Shown here: piece by piece, positions 59,154-64,000 of the stretch | Position numbering within the stretch: position 1 is the stretch's first letter | How the letters are laid out: every line of letters starts with the position of its first letter | Assembly: GCA_031283185.1 (NCBI GenBank) | Contig: JAITCH010000011.1 | Span: forward strand, 550 to 64,549 | DNA: 64,000 bases | Reading direction: 5' to 3' | From: Rickettsiales bacterium | Lineage (GTDB): Bacteria > Pseudomonadota > Alphaproteobacteria > Rs-D84 | Position numbers and translations under genes: made by a program | The notes under the pieces: model-generated | Database searches by the model: none | Told to the model about the DNA's origin: nothing | Seen by the model: only the letters and a program-made list of their open reading frames with translations

Positions 59154-59846
59154 ATGACAAACGCAACTATAATATCAATAAAGGAACAAACGCCAGTCCA
59201 TCGTATTTTCCAAATCGCTATGGACGACAAGGGCAAAATCCCATTTGATGCCGGACAATTCGCAATACTTGAATTGGAAGGGGTGCGCCGTGCTTATACT
59301 ATCGCATCCGCCCCAGGCACAGATTGTTTAGAATTCATAATCGTGAAGGTAGATGGCGGGCAATTCACCACAAAATTATGGGAACTGAAAACGGGGGATG
59401 CAATCAATGTTATGCCGCAGGCATTTGGACATATAAAACTATCCGCCATACCGACTGACGCGCCTATATTTATGATTTCCACAGGCACAGGAATTGCAAT
59501 GATGCGCTCTATGCTGAATGGCGGCGCATTAAACGGACGCAAGGTCTGGCTGCTTTCCGGCGCGAGATATGCGGCAGATCTTGGATTCCGCGAAGAAATC
59601 TCCGCCATTACCGACCCAAACTTTACCGCAATCCAAATCGCATCGCGTGATGAATATCAAGGATTCCAAGGCCGCATAACATCGGTCTTTGACAATCCCG
59701 CCCTCGCATCTAAACTCCCTCCGCTTGACCCATCCACCGGGCTCCATATCGTGATGTGCGGGAATCCTGAAATGGTAGACGGGATGAGTGATAAATTTAA
59801 AGCACTCGGCTTTCCAGACTCTCAAATCCACTTCGAGAAATACTAA
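59154..59846 (+). CDS. fpr: Ferredoxin-NADP+ reductase
   Basis: RRAYTIAS, STGTGIA, MCGNPEMV and C-terminal EKY. Confidence 0.88.
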   Translation: MTNATIISIKEQTPVHRIFQIAMDDKGKIPFDAGQFAILELEGVRRAYTIASAPGTDCLEFIIVKVDGGQFTTKLWELKTGDAINVMPQAFGHIKLSAIPTDAPIFMISTGTGIAMMRSMLNGGALNGRKVWLLSGARYAADLGFREEISAITDPNFTAIQIASRDEYQGFQGRITSVFDNPALASKLPPLDPSTGLHIVMCGNPEMVDGMSDKFKALGFPDSQIHFEKY

Positions 59847-60925
59847 TGAAGTTCTTCCCCTGGCGCACCATTATATCAAGATTCTTATCGGGGAAATTCC
59901 TCCGCGCTTTCGGACTCGTCCTATTTATCGTATCCGCCGTAATCCTATCCATATCTTTTGTCGAAGAACTCGGTCGCGCTGACACCGGCGGCAGCGCGTT
60001 TATCCAAGCCGCCGCAAAACTTTTGGAATGGATGCCGCTCTTCCTGCCGCTCGTCATATTTATGTCCGTTTTACTTATGACTTATCAACTGCTCCGCTCT
60101 TCCGAAATGGTTATAATAACAGGCGCGGGATTATCGCCGCTCCGCATAACCCGCCCGCTCGCCCTTACCGCGGCACTCGTCGGACTATTCGCATCTATGG
60201 CAATCAACCCGGTCTCTATCAGCCTTAACCGCACAATATCGGGCGCGAATTCTTCTCATATGAATATGGTGGACGGAAAAATCTGGCTATCCGAAGACGG
60301 AAAAGACAGCCGAATGATTATGTCCGCCAAGGGAATCCAAATAAAGAACGATGCCGCCGCCTTCATAGACGCAACCATCATCAATCAGAAAAAAGGATCG
60401 TCCGCCGCCACCCGCATCGAAGCCCCCTTAATATCCCTTAGGGACGGCGAATTCCAAGCAGTAGAGGCCGCCGCAGTCTATGGCGAAGATGGCATCCCGA
60501 AAATCGCCAGAAACTGGAAAATGCCATCCCTTATAACCGCGCAAAATGTAAAGGAACGCTACCTGAAACCCGCAGAAATCCCATTCTGGAAACTGCCATC
60601 TTTCATCGCCAGCCAGGGTCTGATGGGCATCAACAGCCGCCCTCACTTGGTGCAATTCTTCTCTCTTCTCTTTATGCCGCTGACCTTGGCGTCAATGGTC
60701 GCGCTTGGTATGGCTTTTTCGCAAACCAAAAGCCGCCGTTTTTTCTCATTCGGCAAAAAGTTCACTCTGGGAATCCTTGCCAGTTTCATTTTGTATTTTG
60801 TGATTAATCTATTTTCCAATTTGGGCGCGGCGGGATTTTTACCACCATTTGCCGCCGTCTTATTACCGCCTATGATAATCGCATTTTTCTCGTTAACATA
60901 CATCATCTCATTCAATAAAAAATAA
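59846..60925 (+). CDS. LPS export permease LptF/LptG family
   Basis: SEMVIITGAGLS and 3+3 TM segments around a periplasmic domain. Confidence 0.85.
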   Translation: MKFFPWRTIISRFLSGKFLRAFGLVLFIVSAVILSISFVEELGRADTGGSAFIQAAAKLLEWMPLFLPLVIFMSVLLMTYQLLRSSEMVIITGAGLSPLRITRPLALTAALVGLFASMAINPVSISLNRTISGANSSHMNMVDGKIWLSEDGKDSRMIMSAKGIQIKNDAAAFIDATIINQKKGSSAATRIEAPLISLRDGEFQAVEAAAVYGEDGIPKIARNWKMPSLITAQNVKERYLKPAEIPFWKLPSFIASQGLMGINSRPHLVQFFSLLFMPLTLASMVALGMAFSQTKSRRFFSFGKKFTLGILASFILYFVINLFSNLGAAGFLPPFAAVLLPPMIIAFFSLTYIISFNKK

Positions 60926-60936
60926 AGGAGGCAATA

Positions 60937-61068
60937 ATGCCATTAAAAAAGAAACATCCCACCAGAAACCGCATGGCAATTTTCGTAATCATAGCAGCGA
61001 TCGCAGCACTAATGATCATTTCATTTGCCGCGCCAGTGCATATAACCGAAGTCGTCCTATTCCCTTAA
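60937..61068 (+). CDS. Small single-TM protein (43 aa, not in the ORF track)
   Basis: AAGGAGG SD; MPLKKKHPTRNRMAIFVIIAAIAALMIISFAAPVHITEVVLFP. Confidence 0.65.
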   Translation: MPLKKKHPTRNRMAIFVIIAAIAALMIISFAAPVHITEVVLFP

Positions 61069-61073
61069 ATAAT

Positions 61074-61200
61074 AATTCTCCTCCTTTGGAGGAGTCCCGC
61101 CGCAGGCGGGGAGGTGGTTTAGCCACATTAAGCGTTGCAGTGTGTTTTAATTTGGTTAAACCACCCCACCCTTCGGGCGCCCCTCCAACGGAGGGGAACT
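61074..61200. repeat. Inverted R3 pair
   Basis: TTCTCCTCCTTTGGAGGAG...CCCCTCCAACGGAGGGGAA. Confidence 0.85.
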
Positions 61201-61211
61201 CAAAATAAACA

Positions 61212-62102
61212 ATGAACAACAACATTGAACTTTTTCTTGAAATGCTCGCGGCTGAAAAAGGCCGCGCAAAGAATACTATTATCTCCTACCAATCCGACTT
61301 GGATGAAATCGCCCGGGACTGCGGCGACATCAACTATGCTACTTCCACCATACTCCAAGACTATTTCTCCGACCTCACCAAATCGGGAATGCGCGCCAGC
61401 AGCATCGCCCGCAAGGCATCCGCCCTGCGCCAATTCTATAAATTTATGAACCTTGAAAAGATAATGTCCGAAAATCCAATGCAAGGCGTGGAACTGCCCA
61501 AACGACATCTCGCGCTTCCAAAATACCTGTCCGAAGAAGATATAGAGGCATTAATCTCTTCCGCGGACGATGTCCGCTATTCGTTGCGGCTCCGCGCAAT
61601 GATTGAAATACTTTATGCCTCCGGCCTCCGCGTTTCCGAACTGGTCTGTCTGCCGCTGTCAGCAATACTCAAAGACCGGCTACTTGTCCACGGCAAGGGG
61701 TCCAAGGAACGGATGGTGCCAATCCATCAAAAAGCCCTGGACGCAATCGCCGCCTATATGAAAGTCCGCCCAGCATTTATCCCGCGCGGACGCAAGGCAT
61801 CGCCCTTTCTTTTTCCCGGCATCGGCGCGGCAGGTCATTTAACACGGGATGGATTTTATAAAGTCCTTAAAAAATGCGCCGTGCTCGCCGGAGTGTCCCC
61901 GGAAAAAGTCAGCCCCCATGTGCTGCGCCATTCGTTCGCATCACACCTCTTGGGCGGCGGCGCGAATTTGCGTTCAATCCAAACAATGCTGGGACACGAA
62001 GATATTTCCACGACCCAAATCTATACTCATGTGCTGCCGGAAAAGTTAAAGTCCGCAGTGCTGCAACACCATCCATTGTCTAATAAAAAGGGCGCGATAT
62101 GA
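61212..62102 (+). CDS. xerD: Tyrosine recombinase XerD
   Basis: LYASGLRVSEL, GKGSKER, SPHVLRHSFA and LGHEDISTTQIY. Confidence 0.9.
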   Translation: MNNNIELFLEMLAAEKGRAKNTIISYQSDLDEIARDCGDINYATSTILQDYFSDLTKSGMRASSIARKASALRQFYKFMNLEKIMSENPMQGVELPKRHLALPKYLSEEDIEALISSADDVRYSLRLRAMIEILYASGLRVSELVCLPLSAILKDRLLVHGKGSKERMVPIHQKALDAIAAYMKVRPAFIPRGRKASPFLFPGIGAAGHLTRDGFYKVLKKCAVLAGVSPEKVSPHVLRHSFASHLLGGGANLRSIQTMLGHEDISTTQIYTHVLPEKLKSAVLQHHPLSNKKGAI

Positions 62103-62551
62103 AATGCGAAAAACCCGGTTGCACGGCGGATGCCGAATGCCGCGCCCCGAAAAACCGCGCGCTTAAAACATATTGGAATTTTTGTAAAACCCACGCGGCG
62201 GAATATAACCAGAATTGGAATTTTTACGAAGGCATGACCGCAAAGGAAGTAGAACAAGATTGGGAAAAACGCACATTTGGCACAATACTGGAAGACGGCA
62301 AAAAGCATTCTTATAAAGATATTATTAATGATATTCTCGCCGGGAAAGTAATTGAAAGCACCGGGTTCCCGAGGGATGTTGATGATGCGTTTCGGACGCT
62401 TGGGATTGTTCCCACGCGGGATTTGGCTGCGGCGAAAAAAGTATATTTAGAATTGGCAAAAAAATATCATCCTGATACATCAAATAATTCTTCCGACCGG
62501 TTTAAGCAGATTTCTTCGGCCTTCCAAATCATCCAAAAATTCTTGAAATAA
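62099..62551 (+). CDS. J-domain protein with an N-terminal Cys/His motif
   Basis: CEKPGC...FCKTH..EYN..WNF and C-terminal KYHPD. Confidence 0.85.
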   Translation: MKCEKPGCTADAECRAPKNRALKTYWNFCKTHAAEYNQNWNFYEGMTAKEVEQDWEKRTFGTILEDGKKHSYKDIINDILAGKVIESTGFPRDVDDAFRTLGIVPTRDLAAAKKVYLELAKKYHPDTSNNSSDRFKQISSAFQIIQKFLK

Positions 62552-62555
62552 TGCA

Positions 62556-62663
62556 GGGATTTGCCCCCTGGCCTTTTGATTTGCCGGGGCAAATCCCACA
62601 TTAAACCAAAACGGCACCATAGGTGCCGTCATCCCCGCGAAGGCGGGGATCTCAAATTGTATA
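62556..62663 (+). repeat. R4+R2 composite
   Basis: Near-duplicate of 37995-38097. Confidence 0.85.
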
Positions 62664-62707
62664 TTGCTTAGCGGGACTGGGTCAGGAGACCCCGCCCCGC
62701 ATTTATT

Positions 62708-64000
62708 CTACCTCTTCCCGACACTTACCTGATCACCAAACCCGGCAACCGCAAAGCCCGCGACAGAACATTGCACAGCCTCAAAGCCCTTATCCACTTG
62801 TTTCGCTTTCACAAGGTGATTGGTGAGGAACCCACCAACCGCGCCGAGTGCCACCGCCGCGCCAGCATCCCAACCAAGCCGTTTCCAATTTGTCTCACCA
62901 TCGGTTTTCTTTAACCAACTCGCCTTATCCAGTTGAAACGCCGACAAGTCGGCAAGTTTATCCGATACTTTGGTTTCTGCCTCTGTGGTCTGTTTATCTT
63001 CTGCCTCAACCTCTTTTCCCTTTTCACCATTAACTTCGTCTGCTACTCTTTCATGCCCCATCTCCCTATCTTTGTCGTTACATGCTTCTCTTATGTCATC
63101 CCAGCCAGGGTTTCTTAATCTATTGCTTCTATAAAATTCATAAGAATCATTAAAGTTTTTCACATTATCCTTTCCGCAGGCTTCACATAGTTGAATTTTG
63201 TTGTCGACTCCCAGACGTTCAAATTTCGAATTGATTTCTGCAAGAAGACTATTCCCGCATTTATCTTCTAATTTTTTATTTTCTTCGTTTTCTCTTAATG
63301 CTTTACATCCTTCACTTGCCTCTTCCGGGGAATTAATGTTGGGATTATATTGCATTGCTGCTTCAAAAGACTGCTTTGTTTTGCAATGATCGCAAGCCTT
63401 TATATAATCCTCAATATTTAAATTTGGATCTAAAAATTTTGTTCGAACGGCATCGTAAGTATCTCTATTGCAAGGTTTTATGCTATTTATATCGCTTTCT
63501 GATACCCATTGATTTATATTTTCTTTGGTTCTTTCGCATATAAATCCTTCAAATTTTTCTCCCAATGGAAAAAACTCCACTTTATAGTCAGTATTATAAA
63601 CTTCGCATTCCTTACCAAACCCTTTGACGATTGCATCGTATTTACTTTTCGCTACACAACACTTCTGGTCATTGGAATTTGTTTTTTTAGTGCATGATGG
63701 CGAGACCCTTAATTGCTCATATTCTTCCTGACATTTATTTTTTGGCGTAATTAAAATAAGTTCACTTGTCGGTATCGCTCCGGTGGCGGCGGGTTGCTTG
63801 GCCTTCCAATCATTATAGGCTTTAATCTCATCCGCGCATTTTTTATCGGCAAGTTGATCTTGACCATCTTTGTTTAATTTCCTATATTCTTCGGATTGGA
63901 CTACCTTTTCGCTAAAACAAGTCTCAATTGCTTTTTGCTCGGACGATTTTTCTGCGTTGACGGCATTAAATTTATCTAAATCAAAGACATTATCCGCCCG
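62708..64000 (-). CDS. Cys-rich secreted/surface protein, paralogue 3 (5' end outside the window)
   Basis: The frame stays open from 63580 to 64000. It has CxxC modules and the conserved family C-terminus. Confidence 0.8.
   Translation of the reverse strand, partial: RADNVFDLDKFNAVNAEKSSEQKAIETCFSEKVVQSEEYRKLNKDGQDQLADKKCADEIKAYNDWKAKQPAATGAIPTSELILITPKNKCQEEYEQLRVSPSCTKKTNSNDQKCCVAKSKYDAIVKGFGKECEVYNTDYKVEFFPLGEKFEGFICERTKENINQWVSESDINSIKPCNRDTYDAVRTKFLDPNLNIEDYIKACDHCKTKQSFEAAMQYNPNINSPEEASEGCKALRENEENKKLEDKCGNSLLAEINSKFERLGVDNKIQLCEACGKDNVKNFNDSYEFYRSNRLRNPGWDDIREACNDKDREMGHERVADEVNGEKGKEVEAEDKQTTEAETKVSDKLADLSAFQLDKASWLKKTDGETNWKRLGWDAGAAVALGAVGGFLTNHLVKAKQVDKGFEAVQCSVAGFAVAGFGDQVSVGKR

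Overview
This is a gene-dense bacterial chromosome segment, probably from a compact alphaproteobacterial genome (inferred from gene content). Housekeeping genes include ung, fba, a ybeY-lnt fusion, miaB, gatCAB, ruvX, uvrD, dnaQ, yebC, ruvA, uvrB, dnaJ, dnaN, mltG, fabF, tatBC, lolA, recJ, mutL, greA, fpr, lptF/G, xerD and tRNA-Gln. There are two AT-rich defence islets (DUF262+HEPN; MTase plus putative endonuclease) and a type IVb pilus assembly operon with no pilin gene in view. The most unusual signals are: (1) six same-strand copies (35.5-52.4 kb) of a 154-158 nt rod-shaped hairpin with divergent but compensatory stems and conserved loops, a candidate undescribed multicopy structured RNA family; (2) three Cys-rich secreted paralogues sharing a conserved C-terminal module, two carrying slippage tracts (G9, currently OFF; (AC)11, currently ON); (3) four families of REP-like palindromes, which flank a GIY-YIG nuclease gene, sit in-frame in four proteins and supply -35 boxes; (4) many apparently leaderless genes; (5) apparently inactivated integrase and HNH homologues. 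Everything was read by eye and no database searches were run.
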